A stretch of 24,000 nt of DNA. It comes from Verrucomicrobiota bacterium (GTDB taxonomy: Bacteria > Verrucomicrobiota > Verrucomicrobiia > Opitutales > UBA953). Below are positions 8,112-16,363 of this stretch, piece after piece (the stretch's first letter is position 1; each line of letters opens with the position of its first letter). The notes beneath the pieces were generated by a model. The model worked only from the letters and a program-made list of their open reading frames with translations, did not search any database and was not told the DNA's origin. The translations under genes were made by a program, and so were the position numbers. The stretch is from assembly GCA_016871415.1 (NCBI GenBank), contig VHDL01000013.1, positions 31,725-55,724 on the forward strand. Reading direction: 5' to 3'.

Positions 8112-9170
8112 ATGCGGATCACCCGCATCCGCGCGGCTGACTTCCGCAACGTCACGTTTGCGGACGTCGACACGGACGCGCCGCGTGTCTTCCTGCTGGG
8201 GGAGAACGGACAGGGAAAGACGAACCTGCTCGAGGCCGCCGGCCTGGTCTCGGCGTTCCGGTCATTCCGCACGACGGAGATCGCTCCGCTCGTGCGCAAC
8301 GGTGCCAAGGAGGCGCGCCTGCGCATCGACGTCCGGGACGACGCCGGCACGACGTCGGCGGTCGAAGTGCGTCTGGCCAAAGGCTCGCGCACGGGACAGG
8401 TCGATGGCACGCCCGTCACCTCGGTTGCCGACCATCTCGGGAGGTTTCCCACGGTCGCTTTCTGCTCCGACGACCTCCGTCTCGTACGCGGTTCACCCTC
8501 CAACCGCAGACGGTGGCTGGACGCGGCAATCGGCGGCACGGATTCGGCCTACCTCGAGGCCGTGCGCACCTACCAGAAGGGCCTGGAAGGCCGCAACGCG
8601 CTCCTGAAGAATCCGGATCCGTCGGAAGAGGAGCTGCGGGCGTTTGAATCCGCGATGCTGCCCGCGGCCCGCCTCATCATCGAATCGCGCGCGCGGCAGC
8701 TGCCCGAGATCTGCGGGACGCTTCGTGACGTGGCCGGCCGCGCCGGTTTCACCGCCGCGGCGACCGTGCGGCATCGCCCTGACACCGCGGCCGACGAGCT
8801 TGAGGGCTGCTGGAAACGGATGCGTGCGGCAGAACTCGCCGCGGGCTCCACGCTCAAGGGACCTCACCGCGACGATTTCGAAGTCCTCTTCGACGGTCAC
8901 GACGCCGCGGACTACGCGAGCGAGGGACAGCAGAGGCTCATCGCCCTCGGACTCACGCTGGCGCGGGTCAGACGTGACGCCGCCCGGGCGCCCACCACCC
9001 CGGTCATCCTCGCCGATGACGTGCTGGGCGAACTGGATGACGTCCGAAGGTCGGCCTTCTGGAAGGAGATCGGAGAGGGGCATCAGGTCATCGCCACGGG
9101 CACGCGTCCGCCGCCCGGAAACGGCTGGTTGACCTACGAAGTGGCCTCCGGGGCCTATCGGAAGGGCTGA
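8112..9170 (+). CDS. recF: DNA replication and repair protein RecF
   Basis: Walker A GENGQGKTNLLEA, ABC-type signature SEGQQRL and Walker B ILADDVLGELD. Length 352 aa. Confidence 0.92.
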   Translation: MRITRIRAADFRNVTFADVDTDAPRVFLLGENGQGKTNLLEAAGLVSAFRSFRTTEIAPLVRNGAKEARLRIDVRDDAGTTSAVEVRLAKGSRTGQVDGTPVTSVADHLGRFPTVAFCSDDLRLVRGSPSNRRRWLDAAIGGTDSAYLEAVRTYQKGLEGRNALLKNPDPSEEELRAFESAMLPAARLIIESRARQLPEICGTLRDVAGRAGFTAAATVRHRPDTAADELEGCWKRMRAAELAAGSTLKGPHRDDFEVLFDGHDAADYASEGQQRLIALGLTLARVRRDAARAPTTPVILADDVLGELDDVRRSAFWKEIGEGHQVIATGTRPPPGNGWLTYEVASGAYRKG

Positions 9171-9213
9171 TTTTGGCGTTGTTTAAGGCTCCCATGGCCT
9201 CTTGGATGGGGGG

Positions 9214-9618
9214 ATGAAGGACTTCCTGCTCTACGCCTCCGTGGTGGCCCTCTTCGTGGTCTGCATCCTGGTGGTGCTCATCATCCTCATGCAGCGCCCG
9301 AGCGCCAACGCCGGCATGGGCGCAGCCCTGGGCGGCGGAGCGGCCGAAAGCGTCTTCGGAGGCGAATCCGCCAATGTACTCTCCAAGATGACCTCCGTGC
9401 TGACGGTCATCCTTTTCATCCTGAGTTTCGGCCTCTACCTCGGCTTCGTGGCCCGCGAAAAGAAGGCTCCTTCGGCCCTCGAAGCGGCGTCCACCGCCGC
9501 CCCGGCCGCCGCTCCTGCCGCTCCCGCTACGACCACCCCCGCCGCCGCGGCTCCCGCCGCTCCGGCGACTCCGGCCGCCCCGGCCGCACCTGCGGCCCCG
9601 GCTCCGGCCAAGAAGTGA
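9214..9618 (+). CDS. secG: Preprotein translocase subunit SecG with an extended Ala/Pro-rich C-terminal tail
   Basis: ATG at 9214; the track start at 9202 is TTG. Two TM helices flank the Gly-rich loop MQRPSANAGMGAALGGGAAESVFGG typical of SecG. The last 50 or so residues are AP-rich low complexity. Confidence 0.78.
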   Translation: MKDFLLYASVVALFVVCILVVLIILMQRPSANAGMGAALGGGAAESVFGGESANVLSKMTSVLTVILFILSFGLYLGFVAREKKAPSALEAASTAAPAAAPAAPATTTPAAAAPAAPATPAAPAAPAAPAPAKK

Positions 9619-9630
9619 CCCGTGGGCGGA

Positions 9631-10434
9631 ATGAGGCCGTTCAGCATCGCGCTGCGCTGGGCCCTCTGCCTCTCGCTCACGCCCCTCTTCGGTCAAGGGC
9701 GTGACGATCTACGCCTGCCGCAGCTCTCGGCAAGCGAAGCCGCGAGGACTCTGGACGACATCCGCAACTCCAGGCTAACCTCCGACGTCTGCTTCGGGTT
9801 CGAAGCCGTCCATCGTCCGCGGCGCGGCGATGCGTCCGCACCAGTCAAAGGCACGCTCTGGGCTTCCTCCCGCGGCGACGCCCACCTGCTGCGCATCGAG
9901 ATGCAGGATAGCGCGAACACCCGCATCCTGGCCCGCAAGTCGTCGTCCGGAAGCGAAGTCCTCGTCCACGCCGACGGCCGTCTCACACGGCCGACGGCAG
10001 GCTCCTTCACCCCGCTTTCCGCCGGCCTTCTCGTGAGCGCCTTCGACCTGCAGCTCCCCTTCACGCACTGGAAAGGGACGAAATACATGTCGACCGAACG
10101 CGGACGCCGTCCGATGCACGTCTTCAGCGCCCGACAGGAGGGGTTCGAGAGCGAGGTGACGTTCGGCGTCGACCGCGCCTACGGAGCAATCCTCGAGGCC
10201 AAGGTGAGGTCATCCGACGGCAGGCCGCTGCGCTCACTCGCGGTCGAGGACTTCGCCAAGGCGGGGGACCAATGGGTGCTGGGAACCTGCAGCGTGCGGG
10301 ATGAGGCGAGCCGCGACACCGACCTGCTCAAGTTCACCGAGGCCGCGCTCGGACTGCGCTTCGGCGACGATGTCTTCACCGAAGCCTCGCTTTCCCGGCC
10401 TGCGGAAAAACCGGCGTGCTTCAGACCGCTCTGA
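9631..10434 (+). CDS. Secreted hypothetical protein; a LolA-like/outer-membrane lipoprotein-sorting fold is possible but not established
   Basis: ATG at 9631 gives a signal peptide, MRPFSIALRWALCLSLTPLFGQG. The ORF is tightly spaced between secG and the nif3-like gene. The functional call is only an impression from size and beta-rich composition. Confidence 0.5.
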   Translation: MRPFSIALRWALCLSLTPLFGQGRDDLRLPQLSASEAARTLDDIRNSRLTSDVCFGFEAVHRPRRGDASAPVKGTLWASSRGDAHLLRIEMQDSANTRILARKSSSGSEVLVHADGRLTRPTAGSFTPLSAGLLVSAFDLQLPFTHWKGTKYMSTERGRRPMHVFSARQEGFESEVTFGVDRAYGAILEAKVRSSDGRPLRSLAVEDFAKAGDQWVLGTCSVRDEASRDTDLLKFTEAALGLRFGDDVFTEASLSRPAEKPACFRPL

Positions 10435-10436
10435 CC

Positions 10437-11192
10437 ATGCCGGCTTCCCTCGGAGACATCACCCGGTTCTGCGACGCCCTCACCAATCGGCGTGAGATTC
10501 CCGACTTCCCCGACGCCCACAACGGATTGCAGCACCGGGGCAAGGAACGTATCCGCAAGGTGGGTGCGGCAGTGGACGCCGGCACGGAAGTGTTTAAGGC
10601 CGCCGCCCGACGCGGAATCGACTTCCTCATCGTGCACCATGGCATGCGCTGGAAGCCCGTCTCGCCCGCCCGGGTGGTCGCTAGGTCGCGCCAGGCGGCG
10701 CTGCGCAAGCACGGGCTTTCCCTCTACTCCAGCCACCTCCCGCTCGACGCCCATCCGGTCATCGGCAATAACGCGCTCATCGCCGCCGACCTGGGACTCC
10801 GGGTGATCGACTGGTTCGTGGATTACGAGGGCCTGCCCATCGCCTGCGTCTGCCGGGGCGTCCCCCGCACGACGCTGCGTCGCCGGCTCAAGTCATCCTA
10901 CCAGGACACCTTCAAGGCCATCGAATTCGGCTCCGCCAGACCCGCCCGCATCGCGATTCTCAGCGGCAGCGGACGCAGTGCCCTGCCCCTCCTCCGGGCC
11001 GCCGGTTGTGACACGCTCATCACCGGGGAACTCCGCGAAGAGCACTTCAACGAGGCCCAGGAACAGGGCTGGAATCTCTACCCCTGCGGTCATTACGCCA
11101 CCGAAACGTGGGGCGTGAAGGCCCTCGCGGCCGCGGTCTCGGCCGAGTTTGGCGTGCCCTGGGAATTCGTCGGCACGGGCAACCCGCTCTGA
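10437..11192 (+). CDS. Nif3-family dinuclear metal centre protein (YbgI/GTP cyclohydrolase 1 type 2 homolog)
   Basis: ATG at 10437, directly after the upstream stop. Motifs DFLIVHHGMRW, SSHLPLDAHP..GNN and GHYATETWG fit the NIF3 family. Confidence 0.85.
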   Translation: MPASLGDITRFCDALTNRREIPDFPDAHNGLQHRGKERIRKVGAAVDAGTEVFKAAARRGIDFLIVHHGMRWKPVSPARVVARSRQAALRKHGLSLYSSHLPLDAHPVIGNNALIAADLGLRVIDWFVDYEGLPIACVCRGVPRTTLRRRLKSSYQDTFKAIEFGSARPARIAILSGSGRSALPLLRAAGCDTLITGELREEHFNEAQEQGWNLYPCGHYATETWGVKALAAAVSAEFGVPWEFVGTGNPL

Positions 11193-11196
11193 GCGC

Positions 11197-12063
11197 ATGG
11201 CGGCCTACCGCGGACGTCTCGCGCCTACCCCCACGGGACTGATGCACGTGGGCCATGCGCGCACCTTCGCCCTCGCGGCCCGTCGGGCGGAAGCGGCGGG
11301 AGGCGCGCTCATCATGCGCATCGAGGATCTGGACGGCTCACGCTGCCGACCTGAGTTCTCCGAAGCGGCGCTCGAAGACCTCCGTTGGCTGGGGCTCGCG
11401 TGGCAGGAAGGTCCCGACGTGGGCGGAGCGCGAGCACCCTACGTCCAATCCCAGCGCATGCCATGGTTCGCCGAGGTCTGGCGCAGGCTGCACGCGTCGG
11501 GCGCCATCTACCCGTGCGACAAATCCCGGATGGACGTAGAACGCGCGCTGTCCGCGCCGCATGCAGAGGACGACGCGGAGCCAATGTTCCCCGCGTCGCT
11601 GCGCCCTGCCTCGGATGCCGGCCGCGACGCCCTCAATCCAGGCTCGACCAACTGGAGATTCCGCGTGCCGGACGGCGGGATTATCGGGTTCATGGACGCC
11701 ATCCGGGGAGCGCAACGCTTCACCGCCGGAACCGACTTCGGCGACTTCCTCATCTGGCGCAAGGACGGCATGCCGGCCTACGAACTTTCCGTGGTGGCGG
11801 ACGACCACGCCATGGGCGTGACCGAGGTCGTCCGGGGCGCAGACCTCCTGCTTTCGACTGCACGACAGCTGCTGCTCTTCCAAGCCCTCGGCTGGGCTGC
11901 TCCCGCATGGGCCCACGCACCGCTCATCACGGACGCTTCAGGGAGGCGCCTTGCGAAGCGCACGGCCGGACTGTCAATCAGAGAGCTCAGAAGCAGGGGT
12001 TTCAGTCCTGAAGCGGTGCTGAACGAAGACCTGGCCCGACTGGCCGACAGGTCAGGAACCTGA
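11197..12063 (+). CDS. gluQ: Glutamyl-Q tRNA(Asp) synthetase (truncated GluRS paralog)
   Basis: ATG at 11197. RGRLAPTPTGLMHVGHAR (HIGH-type motif), RIEDLD, class I GluRS catalytic-core similarity, an LAKR motif, and no anticodon-binding domain (288 aa). Confidence 0.9.
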   Translation: MAAYRGRLAPTPTGLMHVGHARTFALAARRAEAAGGALIMRIEDLDGSRCRPEFSEAALEDLRWLGLAWQEGPDVGGARAPYVQSQRMPWFAEVWRRLHASGAIYPCDKSRMDVERALSAPHAEDDAEPMFPASLRPASDAGRDALNPGSTNWRFRVPDGGIIGFMDAIRGAQRFTAGTDFGDFLIWRKDGMPAYELSVVADDHAMGVTEVVRGADLLLSTARQLLLFQALGWAAPAWAHAPLITDASGRRLAKRTAGLSIRELRSRGFSPEAVLNEDLARLADRSGT

Positions 12064-12864
12064 ATTGGTGGACGACGGAGTAGGCTTGGCACCAGGAGCC
12101 TTCGCAGGCCCTTTCTGGATCCGCTCGCGGATCGACTTGAAAGCGTTGACGAGCTTCTCATCGCCGGCCGCCTCCCGGATGGCCTGGTCGGCCCACTTCA
12201 GCGCACGCTCCTTGTTGGCGGGATCGATTCCCTGGGAGGCCAACGCCTTGTTGATCGAGGCGATACCGGGGCGGCCGCTGTGCAGCTCGTCGTAGAGCCG
12301 GCATACCTCCTCGAAATCCTTCTGCTTGATAGCCGCGTTGATCTTGGCCGTGTGTTCGGCGCGCTTCTTCCTGTCCTCCGCCGCGGCCTTGGCTTCAGCC
12401 GAGGCCTTCTCGCGTCCCTCGGGCGTGTTGACGAAGGCGGAAAGCCTGGCGAGGTAGTCCTTGGGGCCGGAGCCCGGCGAATAGCCGCTGACCCGGCCGT
12501 AGGCGTCGCCCGACTGGGCATCCATCAGCAAGACGGTGGGAAAGCCGCGGACGTCGAACTTCGCCTGGATCTCACGGTTCCTGGCCTTCACCTCGGGCGG
12601 CTGCGGCTTCTTGTTCGGGTAGTCGAGTTCGACCAGAACGTAGTTCTTGGCGAAGTCCTTGAACTCCTTGGTCGTGAAAACCTCGTCACGGAGCTTGATG
12701 CAGAAGCCGCACCAGTCACTGCCCGTGAAATCGATGAGGATGGCCTTCTTCTCCCTGACGGCCACTTTGCGCGCCTCGTCGAGATCGGTCAGCCAGCCTT
12801 CGGCGGCAGGAAGGGCGATGGCAGAGAGGACGAGAGCCGCCAGTAAAGGCAGGTGTGGGGTCAT
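12052..12864 (-). CDS. Secreted thioredoxin-fold protein (WCGFC active site) with a C-terminal helical domain; paralog 1
   Basis: ATG at 12864 gives a signal peptide, MTPHLPLLAALVLSAIALPAAEG. Also FTGSDWCGFCIKL (CxxC) and GFPT (cis-Pro loop region). It is a paralog of 13730-14527. Confidence 0.85.
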   Translation of the reverse strand: MTPHLPLLAALVLSAIALPAAEGWLTDLDEARKVAVREKKAILIDFTGSDWCGFCIKLRDEVFTTKEFKDFAKNYVLVELDYPNKKPQPPEVKARNREIQAKFDVRGFPTVLLMDAQSGDAYGRVSGYSPGSGPKDYLARLSAFVNTPEGREKASAEAKAAAEDRKKRAEHTAKINAAIKQKDFEEVCRLYDELHSGRPGIASINKALASQGIDPANKERALKWADQAIREAAGDEKLVNAFKSIRERIQKGPAKAPGAKPTPSSTNSGS

Positions 12865-12912
12865 GCGATAAACCTTGCCCACATGGACCCCGGGGGCAAC
12901 ACCTGTGATGGC

Positions 12913-13733
12913 TCAGGCCCCCTTGTCCGCCTTGGCCTTGGGTTCCGGCTTCGCCTTCTCGAGTTTTCGAGCCGGGGAAATCCTTCGGGCCATCTCCAGC
13001 ACGGCCTTGGACAGGTCGGCTTCACCCTCGGCCTCCAGCAAGGCCTGCTGCAGAAGCTTCCAGGTGCGATCCATGGCCTTGGGGTCGATGCGATGCGAAA
13101 GAATGGCCTTGTTGAGGGTGCTCAGGGCCAGCTGAGGAGGCTTCACGCCCTTATAGATGACGTCGATGACGGCGACGGCGGCGGGGAAGTCACGCGCCTT
13201 GATGGCCGCCGAGATCATCCGTTCTTTGGTGCGGATCCCCTCCAGCTTGGCAGCCTGCACGCGTTCCTCCTGCTTCCGCTGGGCCTGGTCCGCGGGAGTG
13301 TTCCGGAAGGCGGAAAGCTCAGCCACATAGGCCTGCGCACCCTTGCCCCCGTAGCCTGTGACGCGTCCTAACTCCTCGGAAGACTTGCCGTCGACCATCA
13401 CCACGGTCGGATACGACGTCACGGCGAAGGCCGAAGCGGTTGCCTTGTTGCGGACGATCGCCTCCTCGGACAGCTTGGTCTTCCTCGGGAAACAATCTTC
13501 ACAAGCACGAAGCGTTTCGCGTAACGCGGGAAACCTTACGTGTCCAGGACCTGCTTGCGCAGGGCGAAGCAGGCTGGACTCCAGTCACTGCCGGCGAACT
13601 CGATAAGGATGTCCTTGCGGTCCCTGGCGGCCTCCTTCCGCGCGGTCTCCAGATTGGTGTGCCACGTGTCCGCGGCCGGAGCCGAGGCATGCAGGCTGAG
13701 GAATGCCAGCAAAATGGAGACCGAACGAATCAC
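12913..13733 (-). pseudogene. Decayed thioredoxin-fold paralog 2, with a degenerate active site (WSPAC), an in-frame TAA and a 1-nt frameshift
   Basis: GTG at 13733 overlaps the upstream paralog stop (GTGA). The N-terminal piece ...ILLAFLSLHASAPAADTWHTNLETARKEAARDRKDILIEFAGSDWSPACFALRKQVLDT ends at TAA (13538-13536). The same frame continues GFPRYAKRFVLV. Homology then resumes one base out of frame near 13500: EDCFPRKTKLSEEAIVRNKATASAFAVTSYPTVVMVDGK..., which is the 12913-13422 ORF. Confidence 0.7.
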
Positions 13734-14527
13734 TTGCCTTCCGTTTTGCGGCTGGCGGCCTGCTCGATGCGTTCGCGCATGGCCTTGAGGCGGGGAAGAA
13801 GGGGTGAATCGCCCGCTTCGACGATGATTTCGTCCGTGGCCTTGAGAAGCGCAGCGAAGTCGCCCGGTTTGCAACGGGCGATGACGCCGATCCGGTATTG
13901 GGCTAGGATGCTCAAGCGCAACTCCCCCTTGGCGCCGGACTCCTTGAGGACCTTCTCGATGGCGGCCTCGGCAGCCGCGAGGTCCTTCTTATCGACCGGA
14001 CCGGCGATGGCCTCCTCCACCTTCTCCCCGAGCTCCTCGGCGCGGCTCTCGGCCTCGAGCTCGTCACGGAAGGCCTTCGCGCCCTCGGGATTGTTGCGCT
14101 TGAGCGCCTCCTTAAGCGATTCGACGTACTTGACGGGACCTCCCGGCTCATAGCCCATCTTGGCGAAAGGCTGGCCCTCCTTGTTCATCAGCAGGATGGT
14201 CGGAAACCCACGGATGGCGAACTGCTTGGCCAGCGCCTCGTTCTTCTCCTTCTGCGCCGCGGGCAGCTTCTTGGTGCGAGGGAAATCGAGCTCGACCAGC
14301 ACGTAATGCTTGGACGCCTCCTTGAACTCCGGCTTGTCGAAGACCTCCTCACGGAGGCGGATGCACCAACCGCACCAGTCACTGCCGGTGAAGTCGACCA
14401 GGATGGCCTTGTTCTCCTTGGCGGCGAGCTTCTTGGCCTCATCGAGGTCAGTCAGCCAACCCTCGGCGGCGGTGAGCGAGGCTGCGGTCAGGACGAACGC
14501 CAGCAGGGTACGGAACAACGGGGTCAT
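13730..14527 (-). CDS. Secreted thioredoxin-fold protein (WCGWC active site) with a C-terminal helical domain; paralog 3
   Basis: ATG at 14527 (cat at 14525-14527) gives a signal peptide, MTPLFRTLLAFVLTAASLTAAEG. Also FTGSDWCGWCIRL and RGFPTILLM. The other 318 codons of the 583-aa ORF run antisense to sirB and are rejected. Confidence 0.85.
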   Translation of the reverse strand: MTPLFRTLLAFVLTAASLTAAEGWLTDLDEAKKLAAKENKAILVDFTGSDWCGWCIRLREEVFDKPEFKEASKHYVLVELDFPRTKKLPAAQKEKNEALAKQFAIRGFPTILLMNKEGQPFAKMGYEPGGPVKYVESLKEALKRNNPEGAKAFRDELEAESRAEELGEKVEEAIAGPVDKKDLAAAEAAIEKVLKESGAKGELRLSILAQYRIGVIARCKPGDFAALLKATDEIIVEAGDSPLLPRLKAMRERIEQAASRKTEGK

Positions 14528-14617
14528 GATCCATAGGATGCCCCGCCCGCCCCCGGCAGGCAATATGCAAAGGGACATGTCGGTTGCAAAGGACCCCCGT
14601 CCCCGCAAGAAAAAATC

Positions 14618-15589
14618 ATGTCCAAGAGACGCGCACTGCTGGTCGACAACGGCTCCCTGGAGCCGGCGGCCACGCTCGCGCTCCGCGATCTGGCCGAGCT
14701 GATCAACGCGGGTCGCAAGGAGAAGGTGCTGCCTGTCTCCGTCTTGCATTCGAACAAAGTCGACCCCGCCCTGCTCCGCGGCGAGCCCGCAGTCATCTTC
14801 GAGCAAGCCGTCCGACAGGCTGGGTCCGACGGCGTGGAGGAGCTGCTCGTGCTTCCCCTGTTCATCGGTCCGAGCCGCGCCGTCACGGAATTCATCCCCA
14901 AGGTCTTCGCGGAGAACGCCAAGGCCGGGATGCGGCTCAAAGTTCTCCCCACGCTGTTCGATGAGGACGGCGCTGATCTGGCGTGTATCCTCGAGGAGAA
15001 TCTCAGGGCCACGGGATGGAAGAAGGGCTCCGGCACGGTGTTGCTCTGCGACCATGGTTCGCCGGTGAAAGCGGTGACGGAATGCCGGAACCGACTGGCC
15101 GAGGCCCTGCGTAAGGAGCTCAAGCTGAGTCCGAACCAGCTGATCGCCTGCTCGATGGAGCGAAGCGAGGGGGCGGAGTATGACTTCAACGAGCCCTTGC
15201 TCGAGCGCGCGATTCAGCACGCGGAGGGCGAGGCCGTGATCCTGATGATGTTCCTGCTGCCGGGGCGTCACGCAGGGCCCGACGGAGACGTGGCCGCCAT
15301 CGCCAAGGAATGCGCGCCCGCCGGCGTGCGTTGGAAACTCAGCCCGCTCATCAGCTCCCACGACATGCTGGCGGCCGTCCTGGGTATGAAGCTCGACCAC
15401 GTGCCACTGCCCAAGAACCAGGCCGTGATTGCCGGCTACCTGCTCGTGGGCGGCCTGCTGCTGATGCCCTGGGCGCTGCAATACGTCCTTCCGGGCTGGC
15501 TCCAGAACAAGATCTGGCGCGTGCTCATCACGCTCGCGGTCCTGATCCCAGCCTTCTTTTATTGGGCCCGCCGACCTCGGAAGGCCTGA
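14618..15589 (+). CDS. sirB: CbiX/SirB-type sirohydrochlorin chelatase (two CbiX-like halves) with a C-terminal predicted two-helix membrane anchor
   Basis: LLVDNGSLEP...LVLPLFIGPS and LLCDHGSPVK...MMFLLPGRHAG resemble duplicated CbiX modules. It lies next to cobA and cysI (siroheme context). The tail AVIAGYLLVGGLLLMPWAL...IWRVLITLAVLIPAFFYW is hydrophobic. Confidence 0.78.
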   Translation: MSKRRALLVDNGSLEPAATLALRDLAELINAGRKEKVLPVSVLHSNKVDPALLRGEPAVIFEQAVRQAGSDGVEELLVLPLFIGPSRAVTEFIPKVFAENAKAGMRLKVLPTLFDEDGADLACILEENLRATGWKKGSGTVLLCDHGSPVKAVTECRNRLAEALRKELKLSPNQLIACSMERSEGAEYDFNEPLLERAIQHAEGEAVILMMFLLPGRHAGPDGDVAAIAKECAPAGVRWKLSPLISSHDMLAAVLGMKLDHVPLPKNQAVIAGYLLVGGLLLMPWALQYVLPGWLQNKIWRVLITLAVLIPAFFYWARRPRKA

Positions 15590-15595
15590 CGACGT

Positions 15596-16363
15596 TCAGG
15601 CCCTGGCCGCGACGCGCGCCAGCAGCCCGACGCCACGAAGGGGAGCGACCACCGCACCGATGACCGCGATGAGCGGGGTCGGGAGCGAGGAGGTGTCGAG
15701 TGAGCCGTCAGCCAATTCCCCCAGCGTTGTCAGCACGTCGGAGGAACCGGGCTGTGAGACCTTGGAGAGCAGACGCACGGGCAGGGATGCTTCGGCTCCG
15801 GCCTCCAGGATGCGACCCGCCGCACGGGGCAACGACTTGGCGCCCATGTAGAGGCAGAGGGTGGCACCCGTTCCCACATGAGCCTTCCAGTCAGGTTCAG
15901 ATCCGTCGGCGCAATGTCCGGTGAGGAAGGTGACTGCCTGCGCGACGCCCCGATGCGTGAGCGGGAAGCAGGCGTCGGCCGCCGCGGCGGTGGCGGCAGT
16001 GACTCCGGGAACGACCTCGAAGGGGATGCCGAGCGCGGCGAGATGGTCCATCTCCTCGCCAAGTCGACCGAAGACGCCGGGATCACCGCCCTTGAGACGA
16101 ACGATGAGACCGCCCGAAAGGGCTTCACGTGCAAGCAATGCGTTGATCTCGTCCTGCGTCATCGAGTGCCGACCGCAGCGCTTGCCGACGGCCACCAGAC
16201 GGGCGTCAGATCGGGCTTCCGCGAGCAATGCGTCTCCTGGCAGCGAATCATGGATGACCGTGTCTGCCGACTGCAGGAGCTTCAGACCACGGACGGTGAT
16301 GAGGTCGGCAGCCCCAGGCCCCGCCCCCACGAACACCACCCGACTGAAGTTGGAATTTACCAT
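15596..16363 (-). CDS. cobA: Uroporphyrinogen-III C-methyltransferase (SUMT)
   Basis: VVFVGAGPGAADLITVRG, VIHDSL and VRLKGGDPGVFGR are classic tetrapyrrole methylase motifs. Length 255 aa. Confidence 0.9.
   Translation of the reverse strand: MVNSNFSRVVFVGAGPGAADLITVRGLKLLQSADTVIHDSLPGDALLAEARSDARLVAVGKRCGRHSMTQDEINALLAREALSGGLIVRLKGGDPGVFGRLGEEMDHLAALGIPFEVVPGVTAATAAAADACFPLTHRGVAQAVTFLTGHCADGSEPDWKAHVGTGATLCLYMGAKSLPRAAGRILEAGAEASLPVRLLSKVSQPGSSDVLTTLGELADGSLDTSSLPTPLIAVIGAVVAPLRGVGLLARVAARA

Noticed and set aside
12052-12063. Convergent gene pairs overlapping at their 3-prime ends: gluQ with thioredoxin paralog 1 by 12 nt here, and ispD with the hypothetical protein by 7 nt at 4457-4463.
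   Set aside because: This is real in the sequence but common in compact high-GC genomes. There is no additional structure suggesting a regulatory role.
13493-13540. Programmed -1 ribosomal frameshifting in the middle thioredoxin paralog.
   Set aside because: An in-frame TAA lies about 35 nt upstream of the frame change, and the active-site Cys is lost. No slippery heptamer is evident. Decay is the simpler explanation.
12052-14527. The idea that the thioredoxin-like paralogs are the electron donors for the nearby thioredoxin-dependent CysH.
   Set aside because: All copies begin with clear signal peptides, so they should be periplasmic or secreted, whereas CysH is cytoplasmic. They are also on the opposite strand and separated from it by sirB and cobA.
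14528-15481. The N-terminal 318 codons of the 583-aa minus-strand ORF. Analogous long 5-prime extensions occur in ORFs 276-1046, 3384-4463, 4457-5347, 11149-12063 and 19340-21682.
   Set aside because: The extensions overlap neighbouring bona fide genes out of frame or antisense. In each case an internal start gives a product beginning with a proper signal peptide or conserved N-terminus, often with ATGA/GTGA coupling to the upstream stop.
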